Part shown: positions 9,129-18,475 of the stretch, in pieces
How the letters are laid out: each line of letters starts with the position of its first letter
How positions within the stretch are numbered: position 1 is the stretch's first letter
Origin: Deltaproteobacteria bacterium
Lineage (GTDB): Bacteria > Desulfobacterota > BSN033 > UBA1163
NCBI GenBank assembly: GCA_037441765.1
Contig: JBBIRM010000006.1
Span: 1-51,824, forward strand
DNA length: 51,824 nucleotides
Reading direction: 5' to 3'
Position numbers and translations under genes: made by a program
The notes under the pieces: model-generated
What the model was told of the DNA's origin: nothing
Seen by the model: only the letters and a program-made list of their open reading frames with translations
The model's database searches: none

Positions 9129-11628
9129 TTGTCCCTTTCAAGAGAATTAAGATTGTAGGTAGAAAAAAGAGGGCAGTGACCAGGCAGAATCCCATCCCAA
9201 ATATTGTCGCCCATCCCATTGTAGAGACGGCCTGATATCGTGCTGTGGCAAGGGAGCCGAACCCGAGCATCGTGGTTAAGGAACAAAGCACCATAGCCCT
9301 TCCCGTGGTGCGAAGGGCATTGCCTGGATCTTTTCTTCCTCCCTCCAAATATCGGTGCATCAAGTGGATACTGTTATCAATGCCCATTCCGATGATCATG
9401 GGGATGATGACTGCATTGATAAAGTTAATCTTTATCCCGAGGAGGGAAATCGTCCCGACCATCCACAAAAGACCCATGGTAAGGGGTGAAAGGATTAAAA
9501 GCGTTATCCTCCAATTTCGAAAATGGAGGGTGACAATCAAAAAAACTATAAAGAAGGCAACGGGGGTGAGAAGGTAGAGGTCTTCTCTCACAATCCTCAG
9601 GATCTCCAATTCTACCCTTTGGGGGCCTGTAATCGAAACTCCTGAAACTTCCTTCTCCAATTGGTCAAAAGATACTTCCCCTTTCCTATAATAAATATGT
9701 GAGATAAATCTGTAACTCCCATCCTTTTTAGTAACGAAAGGCTCGATCACCTTCTTAAAAGGTCCTTGTTGAAGAGAGGCAAATAGGATCTCAGGAGGGT
9801 AGAGCCTTTCATTACCTCTTCTTAATTCATCAATTCTCTGAATCACCGTTTGGAATTCACCCACCTCAAACCCATTCTCCCTTAGGGCCTTTATGAAATT
9901 CTTCTTTACTCCTTCAAGATCGATCAACTCTCGAATGGCCATGGCAACCCTTTTCTGCTTTTCGAGGGAAGGGATTAATTTTGAAAGGGAATGGTAGGAG
10001 TCGATCTTTCCTTCTCTCTGATATTTCTCCAAAACCCTGACCCATTCTTCCTCTTTCAGAAGGAGGTCTCGGAATTCTTTCCCCTCGTGAATCGAAATCC
10101 CCTCCAACTTCCTTCCTCCAAAAGCCTTTGCCATTTGATCAAAGACTTCAATGGGTGGAATATCCTTTGGCCTAAGGTTTCTGAAATCTTTTTCTACCTC
10201 AATGTCAAAGCAAAGAAGGCTGAATAAGACGGTTACCCCAATAAATCCTATAAAAATGGGGAGGGGGTGTTTTTCAATCAATGTGGAGGTATATTTGAAA
10301 CTTAAAATCTTGATGTATGAGTATGGATAGGGTTTCTTTCTTTGATCCATCAGGACAAGAAACGAAGGGAGGACGAAATAGATACAGAGGAGTGAGCATA
10401 ATAAACCGATGGCCACAAGAAAAGCCAGTTCTGTAATCCCCCTGACTCGTGAGAAGAAGAGGACGATAAAGGCGAAAATCGTTGTGAAGGCCCCCGTCCA
10501 TATTCCAGATCCAGTTTCTGTAAGGGCGATCTCAATGGCGCAGGAGATATTCTTCCCTGAAGCCCTTTCCTGGTGATATCGATCGTAGAGGTGGATAGCA
10601 AAGTCAATGCCAAGGCCTACCAGTATTGCAGCAAAAGCAATGGTTAGGATATTTAGGCTTCTCAGGGTAAGAGATGCAATTCCCATCGTTAACTGGATTC
10701 CTCCAAAGAGCGGAAGGCCAATGATAAGGAAGGTAATCCATCTTCTGAAAACATAAAAGAATAGGATTAGAACGAGGACAAGCGAGATCAAGAACGAACT
10801 CTGCATATCGAATCGGAGAACCTCTGCCTCGGCTGTAGCAATGGGATGCGCACCCGTCAGATAAATCTTTGTGGAACTTTCCTTTTGAGGCAAAATGGTT
10901 TTATCAAACTCCTCCATCAATGACTTTGAAAATCGAAGGTCAGTGGCAGGTTGGCTGGGCTCTGTGATGATGAGAAGGGATTTCTGGTCTTTGGAGAGAA
11001 AAAAGTTGCTTGTCTCATCAAATTCCATTCCCTTCATCCCTTCTTTCCATTTCTCTATGAAGAGCCATCGCAGTTCGAAGGGATCCGTTTGAATCAAGTC
11101 TTTCATCACAAAGGAGGCATGGCTAACCAGGATCTTCTTGTTTTTTTTAATTTGCCGGGATATCTCTTCCTCTGTCCATTTCTTTTTTAACTTTTCAATA
11201 TCCTCCTCGTTAAGAAAGAGATAGGGATGGGAGAGAAAGAGAGCAAATACGGGTTTGGCTTTTTCAAAATCCTCTTCCTCCACTTTTTGGAATCGGATGC
11301 TTCGAAATGCCTTCTCTCCATTTACCTCCATCCCCTTCAGTTTTTTGACAATGGTTTTACCCGAGTCGATCAACTTTTTAGGTTCGGCCCCTTCCTTATT
11401 CTCCAAAAGGATAAAGAGAAGGTCAAAGGCACCAGTCTCCTTAAGGTTCTCCATATAGAGTTTGATGGGTCCTTTTTCAGCAGGGAAAAGTTTTAGGAAG
11501 TCAGGATCAAATCTCAGCCTTCCAGTTACAAAAAAGGCCAACCCAAAGAAGATGAAAAAGATGAGAAGAACTTTTCTTTGATGATATAGACAGAGATAAG
11601 CAATCCCATGGAGCAATTGTTTTCGCAT
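9115..11628 (-). CDS. MMPL/RND-family lipid exporter (HpnN-like)
   Basis: 837 aa with two RND repeats carrying GLGIDFAIH and GMGIDNSIH. Confidence 0.9.
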   Translation of the reverse strand: MRKQLLHGIAYLCLYHQRKVLLIFFIFFGLAFFVTGRLRFDPDFLKLFPAEKGPIKLYMENLKETGAFDLLFILLENKEGAEPKKLIDSGKTIVKKLKGMEVNGEKAFRSIRFQKVEEEDFEKAKPVFALFLSHPYLFLNEEDIEKLKKKWTEEEISRQIKKNKKILVSHASFVMKDLIQTDPFELRWLFIEKWKEGMKGMEFDETSNFFLSKDQKSLLIITEPSQPATDLRFSKSLMEEFDKTILPQKESSTKIYLTGAHPIATAEAEVLRFDMQSSFLISLVLVLILFFYVFRRWITFLIIGLPLFGGIQLTMGIASLTLRSLNILTIAFAAILVGLGIDFAIHLYDRYHQERASGKNISCAIEIALTETGSGIWTGAFTTIFAFIVLFFSRVRGITELAFLVAIGLLCSLLCIYFVLPSFLVLMDQRKKPYPYSYIKILSFKYTSTLIEKHPLPIFIGFIGVTVLFSLLCFDIEVEKDFRNLRPKDIPPIEVFDQMAKAFGGRKLEGISIHEGKEFRDLLLKEEEWVRVLEKYQREGKIDSYHSLSKLIPSLEKQKRVAMAIRELIDLEGVKKNFIKALRENGFEVGEFQTVIQRIDELRRGNERLYPPEILFASLQQGPFKKVIEPFVTKKDGSYRFISHIYYRKGEVSFDQLEKEVSGVSITGPQRVELEILRIVREDLYLLTPVAFFIVFLIVTLHFRNWRITLLILSPLTMGLLWMVGTISLLGIKINFINAVIIPMIIGMGIDNSIHLMHRYLEGGRKDPGNALRTTGRAMVLCSLTTMLGFGSLATARYQAVSTMGWATIFGMGFCLVTALFFLPTILILLKGTNGKG

Positions 11629-11640
11629 AATTGAAACAGA

Positions 11641-12927
11641 TTATAACAGATTCCCCTTTCTCTTCCATGCCTTTTTAAATCCTAAATTCAAGGGGGCAAA
11701 GATCTGAAAGGAACGGTGAATTTTGGAAAGTCTTCTGAATATAGAACTCCATGATAGAAATGAGGAGTTGAGCCATTCAAAACCCTCCTGTAGCCTTTCA
11801 GGACTCATCCCTTTTGGAAGAAAGGTGACATGTTCCATATCATAGAGATCCCATTGATTTGTTAGAATTCTATTTTCTTTTCCCAGCCTTTCTCTAAGTG
11901 GGGTCCCTGGATAAGGTGTGAGAATTGGAAAGAGCGCACCATCTATCCTTGTCTGGTGGCAGAAATTGAGAATCTTTTCAAAAGACTCCGGTGTATCATG
12001 GTCATAACCTAAGATAAAAGAGGCAAAAATCCCAATCCCATTCTCATGGAACCTCTTTACTGCTTCCTGAGGAGATATTCTTAAATTTGTCTTTTTCCCC
12101 ATCAGGGTGAGGTTCTCATAGGTGAGGGATTCAAATCCAACAAATAGGGCTATACAGCCGCTTTTAGAAGCAAGGCTTAGTAACTCATCATCATTTGCAA
12201 GATCAATTGGGGCATGGCTTGCCCATTTGAATTTTAAGGATATCATCTCCTTAAATAGGGTTTTTGCATAGGAACGATTTCCAATAAGATTATCATCCAC
12301 GAGAAAGAGAAAGACGCTCTCCTTTCTCAATGCCTCCAACTCATCGATGACAAGTTGGATGGGCCTTGTCCGGTAACTTCTACCGAAGAAGGAGGAGATG
12401 GAGCAGAATTCGCATTGAAAAGGACAGCCCCGAGTTGTCTGAATTGTATTGGTAAAGAGGTAGCCTTTTCCTTTAACCAGATCCCTTCTTGGAGTTTTGA
12501 CTTCAGAAAGGGAAACGAGGCTATCGTCTTTATAAATTCTTTTTAACTTGGACTCCTTAAAATCTTTAACAACCTCTTTCCAGATAAGATCTCCTTCTCC
12601 AATGACAACAGAATCTGCGTGATCAAGGGTCTCATCAGGTAGATGGGAGACGTGGAACCCTCCAAGAACAACCTTTTTCCCTCTCCTCCTGAACCCATCG
12701 GCAATCTCATAGGCTCTTGGAGCCTGAGGGGTCATGACGGTTATTCCTACCAAATCCGCTTCGGTATCGAAATTAAGTTTTTCAATATTTTCATCAATGA
12801 TGGATACCTCAACATCCTCAGGGCTCTGTGAGGCTAAAGTAAGGAGGCTTAATGGTGGAAATTTAAATTGAATCTCCCCCCAGAGAGTTGATTGAGGCCA
12901 CCCAGGCACAATATAAACCACTTTCAT
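11641..12927 (-). CDS. Cobalamin-binding radical SAM protein
   Basis: PPLSLLTLA, VVLGGFH, IGEGD B12-domain features and TRGCPFQCEFC. Confidence 0.9.
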   Translation of the reverse strand: MKVVYIVPGWPQSTLWGEIQFKFPPLSLLTLASQSPEDVEVSIIDENIEKLNFDTEADLVGITVMTPQAPRAYEIADGFRRRGKKVVLGGFHVSHLPDETLDHADSVVIGEGDLIWKEVVKDFKESKLKRIYKDDSLVSLSEVKTPRRDLVKGKGYLFTNTIQTTRGCPFQCEFCSISSFFGRSYRTRPIQLVIDELEALRKESVFLFLVDDNLIGNRSYAKTLFKEMISLKFKWASHAPIDLANDDELLSLASKSGCIALFVGFESLTYENLTLMGKKTNLRISPQEAVKRFHENGIGIFASFILGYDHDTPESFEKILNFCHQTRIDGALFPILTPYPGTPLRERLGKENRILTNQWDLYDMEHVTFLPKGMSPERLQEGFEWLNSSFLSWSSIFRRLSKIHRSFQIFAPLNLGFKKAWKRKGNLL

Positions 12928-13442
12928 GAAGGTCTCTCTTCCAATAGGGATTTGAGGCGTTTGAGGGCGATCTCGGTTAGTTCGTTATGTTTTTTCTCTC
13001 CACCTAAGAGTGACCATCCGATTCTGTAAATCCATCGCCTTATCTGATAGATGAGGGTGTGAGTTACCTCTGTTCCGAGTTCATTCTTTTTTAGATCCCA
13101 GATTTCAATCCCCCCTTCAAAAAATCCGTTTAAAAACCGATAGACAATCCGATGGGGTCTCTCTAAGAGAATCACCTCTGAATCCCATTCCGGCCCAATT
13201 CTGAATTTAATGTTGAAATGGAATTTTGTTCCTATGCTGATCTCACCAGGCGTCATCTTCTCAATAATAATCTCCTCAAGAGGAACCCAGTGTTTAAATT
13301 GATTAAAATCTGTAAGAAAATCATATGTTGCCTCTGGTTCTTTCTGAATTAAAATTCGGTGTTGATTGATCTTGCCTTTGAAGAATTGGCCTGCAATCGT
13401 GATAAACCTTTCTTCCTTTTTCATTTTTGATAAAGGTATCAC
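12924..13442 (-). CDS. SRPBCC/START (polyketide cyclase-like) ligand-binding protein
   Basis: PE..YDFL.DF....W.P N-terminal pattern, beta-rich core and C-terminal helix (L.RLKSLLE). Confidence 0.7.
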   Translation of the reverse strand: MIPLSKMKKEERFITIAGQFFKGKINQHRILIQKEPEATYDFLTDFNQFKHWVPLEEIIIEKMTPGEISIGTKFHFNIKFRIGPEWDSEVILLERPHRIVYRFLNGFFEGGIEIWDLKKNELGTEVTHTLIYQIRRWIYRIGWSLLGGEKKHNELTEIALKRLKSLLEERPS

Positions 13443-13445
13443 TTT

Positions 13446-14345
13446 CTACTCTTTCAAACCTCCCCAGAAAGGGAAGAAGTTTAACCATTGGTCAGGATAT
13501 TGTCGAATGACGGCCTCAAATCTCTTTGCCATCTCCTGAACGCCTTGTCTCACCGCTTCATTCTTACTGATATCCCTTCTTATTGGGATAGGTTCATCGA
13601 TGATCCCCCAGTATTTCAACTTCTCGTTCTGGATAACAAAGACCGGTATCACCACTGCACCTGTCTCGAGGGCAAGATGAATTGCTCCTGTCGGGAATAT
13701 GGTAGATTGGCCAAAGAAATCAACCTCAACGGATTGACCATCGTAGGTTCGGTCTGCAACCATAGCAACGATCTCATTTCTCCTCAACCATTTTGCAATC
13801 TCAAGGATGGTAAGATTTGGTCTCTCCTTTGGGTCAATCATAATGGTATGAATCCCTGCTTTTTGGCGGAGCCTTTTCTCATAACGGGAAAGAAATTGGC
13901 TCTCCTCTTTGAGCGTGAGGATATGAATGGGATATCCCTTCTGAGCAAGCACATATCCTCCCAACTCCCAATTCCCGAGATGGGGGGTAACACAGATTAC
14001 TCCTCTCCCACCCTCAAGGGCCTTCTTTAAGTGTTCTTCTCCGATCTCCTTTTCTATCCATTTCGCTTTATTCCGAGAATCCAATCTCTCCATAGCCATG
14101 TAATCGAGAAGTTTGAGGGAATAGTTCTGAAAGCATCTTTTTGCGAGCCGTGAGATTTCTTTCTCTGTATAGGTTCCCTCCCCGATGATTCGAAGGTTCT
14201 CTTTTACTGCTTCCCTATACCTTTTTAAAATTAAGAAGACCAGATGATTCCCCAAGGAGGTAAAAAGTGGGTTCAGGGACCTCGGAACCGTCCTTGAGAA
14301 AAGATGAAAAAGGGTGATAAAGAAACTGACCTCTCTTGCGGTCAA
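13446..14345 (-). CDS. Lysophospholipid/lipid A-type acyltransferase (LpxL/PatA family)
   Basis: PHLGNWE, ADR, VDFFG, IRQYPDQW motifs. Confidence 0.9.
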   Translation of the reverse strand: MTAREVSFFITLFHLFSRTVPRSLNPLFTSLGNHLVFLILKRYREAVKENLRIIGEGTYTEKEISRLAKRCFQNYSLKLLDYMAMERLDSRNKAKWIEKEIGEEHLKKALEGGRGVICVTPHLGNWELGGYVLAQKGYPIHILTLKEESQFLSRYEKRLRQKAGIHTIMIDPKERPNLTILEIAKWLRRNEIVAMVADRTYDGQSVEVDFFGQSTIFPTGAIHLALETGAVVIPVFVIQNEKLKYWGIIDEPIPIRRDISKNEAVRQGVQEMAKRFEAVIRQYPDQWLNFFPFWGGLKE

Positions 14346-15421
14346 TTTCGTTTCCTCCTTCTTTCAAGAAGATCAATAAAAGCCTCGAGGCGTGTTTCCA
14401 CCCCTCCCCTCGCTGTATGCTCATCGATGATCAGGGTAAGAATAGGAATATGGAGGTCCTTCTGGACTTTTGAAAGGATGGTCTGGGCAACCAGTTCAGG
14501 CATGCATGTGAAGGGAAAGATGTGAATGATTCCATCAATTCCTTTCTTTGCATAGAAGACGGTCTTACCCACTGATTCAATGCTTTCACCACCCGCATGG
14601 AACTGGAGGTAAGGGCGGGCAAATCTTGATGATAATTTAAATTGGTTCCTCCTGAAAGGCTTGAACCGGAAACGGTCATTAGCATAATCACTCAACCAGA
14701 CGGACTTAATCACTTCAACCCCTCTCTCGGCCAACCACATGTCAATTCCCATGTTGGCCGATGGATCTAAAACAGTGAAGAGTTCCCCAACAATGGCTAC
14801 TCGAAGAGGATGGATCCCCTTTCTCTTTCTCAACTTTCTGAACCAAAAAGAGATAGTCAAAACCGATTTAATGAGTTGGGAGAGGGAAAGACTACTTTCT
14901 ACCAGGGAGAGAGATTTTTCCAATACCTGGTCGGTCTCGCAGGGAGACAATTCATATGGTTTCGTGTGGAAATATTTTTTCATAACCCAATCTAAAATGG
15001 ACAATCTGAGGAGGATCGAAAAGAAGATCTTGTAAAGGGTTAATCTTGAGCGTGCCCCCGAGATCCTCTGCATCAGGTCGAGCATGTCCTTGAGGGCATC
15101 AGGGTTATTTGCGCTTCCCATCTTAAAAGAGTAACCCAAATCCTTCAAAATCTGTTCTTGAATCACATCATAATAGCCGAACCGGCATGGGCCCCATCCT
15201 CCAATCATAAAAATAGTATCCGCTCCTAATTCAAGGGCTTCAATCATGCTTCCAAGGGTTACTTTAAAAGGGAAACAAGCAAATTCAGGGGCATGCTTGG
15301 TTCCAAGATCGAGTGTCCTCTTAGTTGGGGTGGGAGGAAAGATGATTTCTACTCCTGCTTTTTTGAGGACAGGGCCATAGGCCTTATGAAGGTGACCAAG
15401 GTAAGGAGTTGTCATTTTCAT
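14342..15421 (-). CDS. 2-hydroxyacyl-CoA dehydratase-like Fe-S subunit (PlsR-like), copy 2
   Basis: ACFPFK, GPCRFGYY, PFTCMPE and DEHT...TRLEAF motifs. Confidence 0.8.
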   Translation of the reverse strand: MKMTTPYLGHLHKAYGPVLKKAGVEIIFPPTPTKRTLDLGTKHAPEFACFPFKVTLGSMIEALELGADTIFMIGGWGPCRFGYYDVIQEQILKDLGYSFKMGSANNPDALKDMLDLMQRISGARSRLTLYKIFFSILLRLSILDWVMKKYFHTKPYELSPCETDQVLEKSLSLVESSLSLSQLIKSVLTISFWFRKLRKRKGIHPLRVAIVGELFTVLDPSANMGIDMWLAERGVEVIKSVWLSDYANDRFRFKPFRRNQFKLSSRFARPYLQFHAGGESIESVGKTVFYAKKGIDGIIHIFPFTCMPELVAQTILSKVQKDLHIPILTLIIDEHTARGGVETRLEAFIDLLERRRKRN

Positions 15422-16389
15422 TTTTGATTTTTCCTTCTCAGAATCATCTCGAGAAAGGCCTCTATTCTTGTAGAAAACCCAACGTTCGAAAGATGTTCAT
15501 CGAAGACGATGGAAAGAGTAGAAATCTTATCTTTGACACAGTGTTGGATGAGTTCAAAATTGAAGGAATCCTGTCCGCATCCAAATGATGCAAGATTTAT
15601 GATCCCCTGAACCAGCCCACTTCTCGCAAAATGAATCGCAGAGCCTACCATCTCTTTTCCATAGGACCAATAAATTCTTTTACGGAGTGTCTCAATTCCC
15701 TTTTCAATCTCCTGGTCACTCAAGGCCTCCGGAGTGATAGGAGAATATCTACTCAACTCGATCTGTTCGACGACATATCGCCTAAGAAAAGGATCATGAA
15801 CATAATATGGCCTACCAATTACTCCTATCCTCCCTTTTCCATCTTCCAAGGGTTTTTCTATCCTATTTGAAGATCGACTTAGATGGAGGGCCTGGTCAAA
15901 AGAGAACCTATGCCTGAGGAGTAACCGGAAGCGATTCTGCCTCTCTATGGCCATCAAATAAGATGCTGACACCTTGCCCTTATCCTTTAAAAAGATATTT
16001 CCCACTTTTAGATAAAAATTCTCCTCTGCTTTGACCCCTTGTGCTTTACAGTGAATGGGGTAATCAATGAGTGGAGGAAGGGAATCAATAGAAGCCCTGA
16101 GCATGTCTGGAAGGCCCATCAACTTTGGACACATATACGCATCTGGTTCAACGCTGATGAATCGAGGGATGAAAAGATAATCAACCTTCTGCCGAATGGA
16201 TTCGACATGGCCAAAGAATATTTTAACAGGTAGGCAGAGGTCACTCGGCACAAACTTTGATCCTTCTCGAACTGTGTCCTCAGTGGTTGGATCAGAGACG
16301 ACTACTTCTATCCCCAACGTCTCAAAAAATTTCTCCCAGAGAGGAAAGTAGCGGTAGAAAAGAAGCCCACGTGGAATTCCAATCTTCAT
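15418..16389 (-). CDS. DUF2229 acyl-CoA dehydratase activase-related Fe-S subunit (PlsA reduction-domain-like), copy 2
   Basis: KIGIPRGL, CLPVK..FGH, CPKLMGLP, FGCGQD motifs. Confidence 0.8.
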   Translation of the reverse strand: MKIGIPRGLLFYRYFPLWEKFFETLGIEVVVSDPTTEDTVREGSKFVPSDLCLPVKIFFGHVESIRQKVDYLFIPRFISVEPDAYMCPKLMGLPDMLRASIDSLPPLIDYPIHCKAQGVKAEENFYLKVGNIFLKDKGKVSASYLMAIERQNRFRLLLRHRFSFDQALHLSRSSNRIEKPLEDGKGRIGVIGRPYYVHDPFLRRYVVEQIELSRYSPITPEALSDQEIEKGIETLRKRIYWSYGKEMVGSAIHFARSGLVQGIINLASFGCGQDSFNFELIQHCVKDKISTLSIVFDEHLSNVGFSTRIEAFLEMILRRKNQK

Positions 16390-17369
16390 CTCTGCGTCCT
16401 ATGAAATCTCTTTCTCCTTTCAATCGTCTCCAAAAAGGCCTCCAGTCGGGTTGTCATTCCACCTGCACCTGTGTGTTCGTCAACCATTATGCAAAGATAG
16501 AGTGTGGTTCCCCCCTCTTTTACCTTATGACTTAAGAGGGGTTCGATCATGGAGTCCACCCCGCATGAAAAACAGGTCAGATAGATGAGACCATCGATTT
16601 GACCGGAATGGAGGTAGTGAAGGCCTGCGCCAAGAATTTCTCTACCAAAGGTCCAGTAAATATCCTTTCCCAGTCTTTCAATCTCAAGATCAATTTTTTC
16701 AGGGCTGACCATCTCCTGGGTTAAAAGAATGGCCTTAGAGTCCTCAATCAACCTTAAAGCATTAAAGTTGAAAAACGGGTCATAGAGACAGTAGGGATGT
16801 CCAACTACAGCGATTTTCTTTTCCAAAACATCTTGAGAAAATCTCTCTTTTCTTCTAACGGAAATAAGTTCAGGATTGAGATCGCCTCTCCTGCTCTTTT
16901 CTCGAAATTCCTGATAGGCGTTGATTGCTTTTTTTAAGGACCCCTTAGCCTCTATTGATCTAATTCCCAATCTCTTAGCCATTTCCAAAAAAGAAGAAGA
17001 AAGGCTTGACCCCCGGTGTCGTTCATCCACATAGGGGTCTAAAATAGGAGGAAGATTTGGGATCGAATACCTGAGCATTTCTGGAAGCCCCCCGGTTCTT
17101 GGACAGAAACAGGACTTTCTCTCAAGGCTTAGAAGTCTTGGAACAAAAAGGAAATCCACTTGATCTCGAAGGGTAAGGGCATGGCCAAAAGCCATCTTGA
17201 TGGGAATGCAGTTATCATCGTCCGCATACCTGAACCCCTCCTCTACCAACTCCCGATGGCTTGGGTTTGAGACAAGCACATCAAATCCCAATTCTTTAAA
17301 GAAGGTCAGCCAGAGGGGAAAATAGCGATAGTATAGGAGAGCTCTTGGAATGCCGATTCTGATCGTCAA
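16386..17369 (-). CDS. DUF2229 acyl-CoA dehydratase activase-related Fe-S subunit, copy 1
   Basis: RIGIPRAL, CIPIK..GH, CPRTGGLP, FSCGVD, DEHTG..G..TRLEAF; TTG start overlaps the upstream TGA. Confidence 0.8.
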   Translation of the reverse strand: MTIRIGIPRALLYYRYFPLWLTFFKELGFDVLVSNPSHRELVEEGFRYADDDNCIPIKMAFGHALTLRDQVDFLFVPRLLSLERKSCFCPRTGGLPEMLRYSIPNLPPILDPYVDERHRGSSLSSSFLEMAKRLGIRSIEAKGSLKKAINAYQEFREKSRRGDLNPELISVRRKERFSQDVLEKKIAVVGHPYCLYDPFFNFNALRLIEDSKAILLTQEMVSPEKIDLEIERLGKDIYWTFGREILGAGLHYLHSGQIDGLIYLTCFSCGVDSMIEPLLSHKVKEGGTTLYLCIMVDEHTGAGGMTTRLEAFLETIERRKRFHRTQR

Positions 17370-18472
17370 GATTCTCTTCTCCCTATCTTCTTTCTTTCTC
17401 TTCGTTTCTGCAATAGGTCAACGAAGGCACCCAATCGGGTCATCACCATGGTCTCTGAGAGGTTCTCGTCGAGAGAGAAAGTCAGTATCGGGATATCATG
17501 CTCCCTGCTCACCTTGACAAGTATATTCTTTGCCACAGCCTCAAGCATACATCCGAGAGGCAGAAGTTGAATGGCTGCTTCATAGCCATCTTTTTTAAAG
17601 AGGATTGGATAACCAATGGAGGAATTACATTCTCCTCCGAGATTATATCTCAGATAGGGTTTTGATGCTTTGATTGCACTCCGTTTTGACCTTGGATGAA
17701 AAAGATCTAAGCCGAGGGCATGGCTGATCTTTTGGGTAATCCAGACCGTTCGGGTCACCTCCACTCCCATCTCGCCAAGTTTTCGCTCAATCTCCTGGTT
17801 GGCATGGGGATTAATAACCATATAGCCTTCTCCTGTGATCAGCACCTTGATAGGCCTTCTTTTGGAATCCTTCTTGATCCGGTCAAAGAGATAAACCGAC
17901 TCATCACATGCCTTCTGCAACTGCTTCAGGTTTTCAGCCTCGTCGATCAGCCTAAGACATTGGAGTTCAACCCTTGTGGTCTCCCCCCTTTCTATTTCTA
18001 AGGGTCTGACCCTGTGGGCCAAACGTTCAACCTTCTCACAGAGCCTTAGCTTCCTCCAGCCAAGGTGCAGGGCCCTTAGCGTCTTCAAGAGGGAGACGTC
18101 CCATTTCTTTCGTTCCTTGTTGAATCGTTGAACGTAATGGCTCCAGAGCCTGGTGTCATCCATCGAAATCCAGGTGAAGTTAAACCCGAGGTCCCTTAGG
18201 ATCTGCTGCATCACCACATCGTACATCCCAACCCGACATGGGCCATGATCGCTAACCATGGCAATCGTATCGGCGCCTTTCTCAAGGGCCTCGATGAAAT
18301 TCCCGAGGATGAATTTGAATGGAAGACAGGTTGAGGAAGGAGAATATTTAATCCCGAGAGAAAGAGTCCTTTGGCTGGTCTTGGGTGGAAATACAAACTC
18401 TGGACCGACCAGCCTCCCAATGGCACCGAGCATAATATTTAGGTTGCCAATATGGGGAACCGCAAGTTTCAT
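17366..18472 (-). CDS. 2-hydroxyacyl-CoA dehydratase-like Fe-S subunit (PlsR-like), copy 1
   Basis: TCLPFK, GPCRVGMY, PLGCMLE motifs; paralogous to 14342-15421. Confidence 0.8.
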   Translation of the reverse strand: MKLAVPHIGNLNIMLGAIGRLVGPEFVFPPKTSQRTLSLGIKYSPSSTCLPFKFILGNFIEALEKGADTIAMVSDHGPCRVGMYDVVMQQILRDLGFNFTWISMDDTRLWSHYVQRFNKERKKWDVSLLKTLRALHLGWRKLRLCEKVERLAHRVRPLEIERGETTRVELQCLRLIDEAENLKQLQKACDESVYLFDRIKKDSKRRPIKVLITGEGYMVINPHANQEIERKLGEMGVEVTRTVWITQKISHALGLDLFHPRSKRSAIKASKPYLRYNLGGECNSSIGYPILFKKDGYEAAIQLLPLGCMLEAVAKNILVKVSREHDIPILTFSLDENLSETMVMTRLGAFVDLLQKRRERKKIGRRES

Positions 18473-18475
18473 GGT

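Noticed and set aside
7623-12927. Hopanoid or carotenoid cluster (HpnN-, HpnP-, CrtI-like genes)
   Set aside because: No squalene/phytoene synthase or squalene-hopene cyclase gene in the window; cannot be excluded genome-wide.
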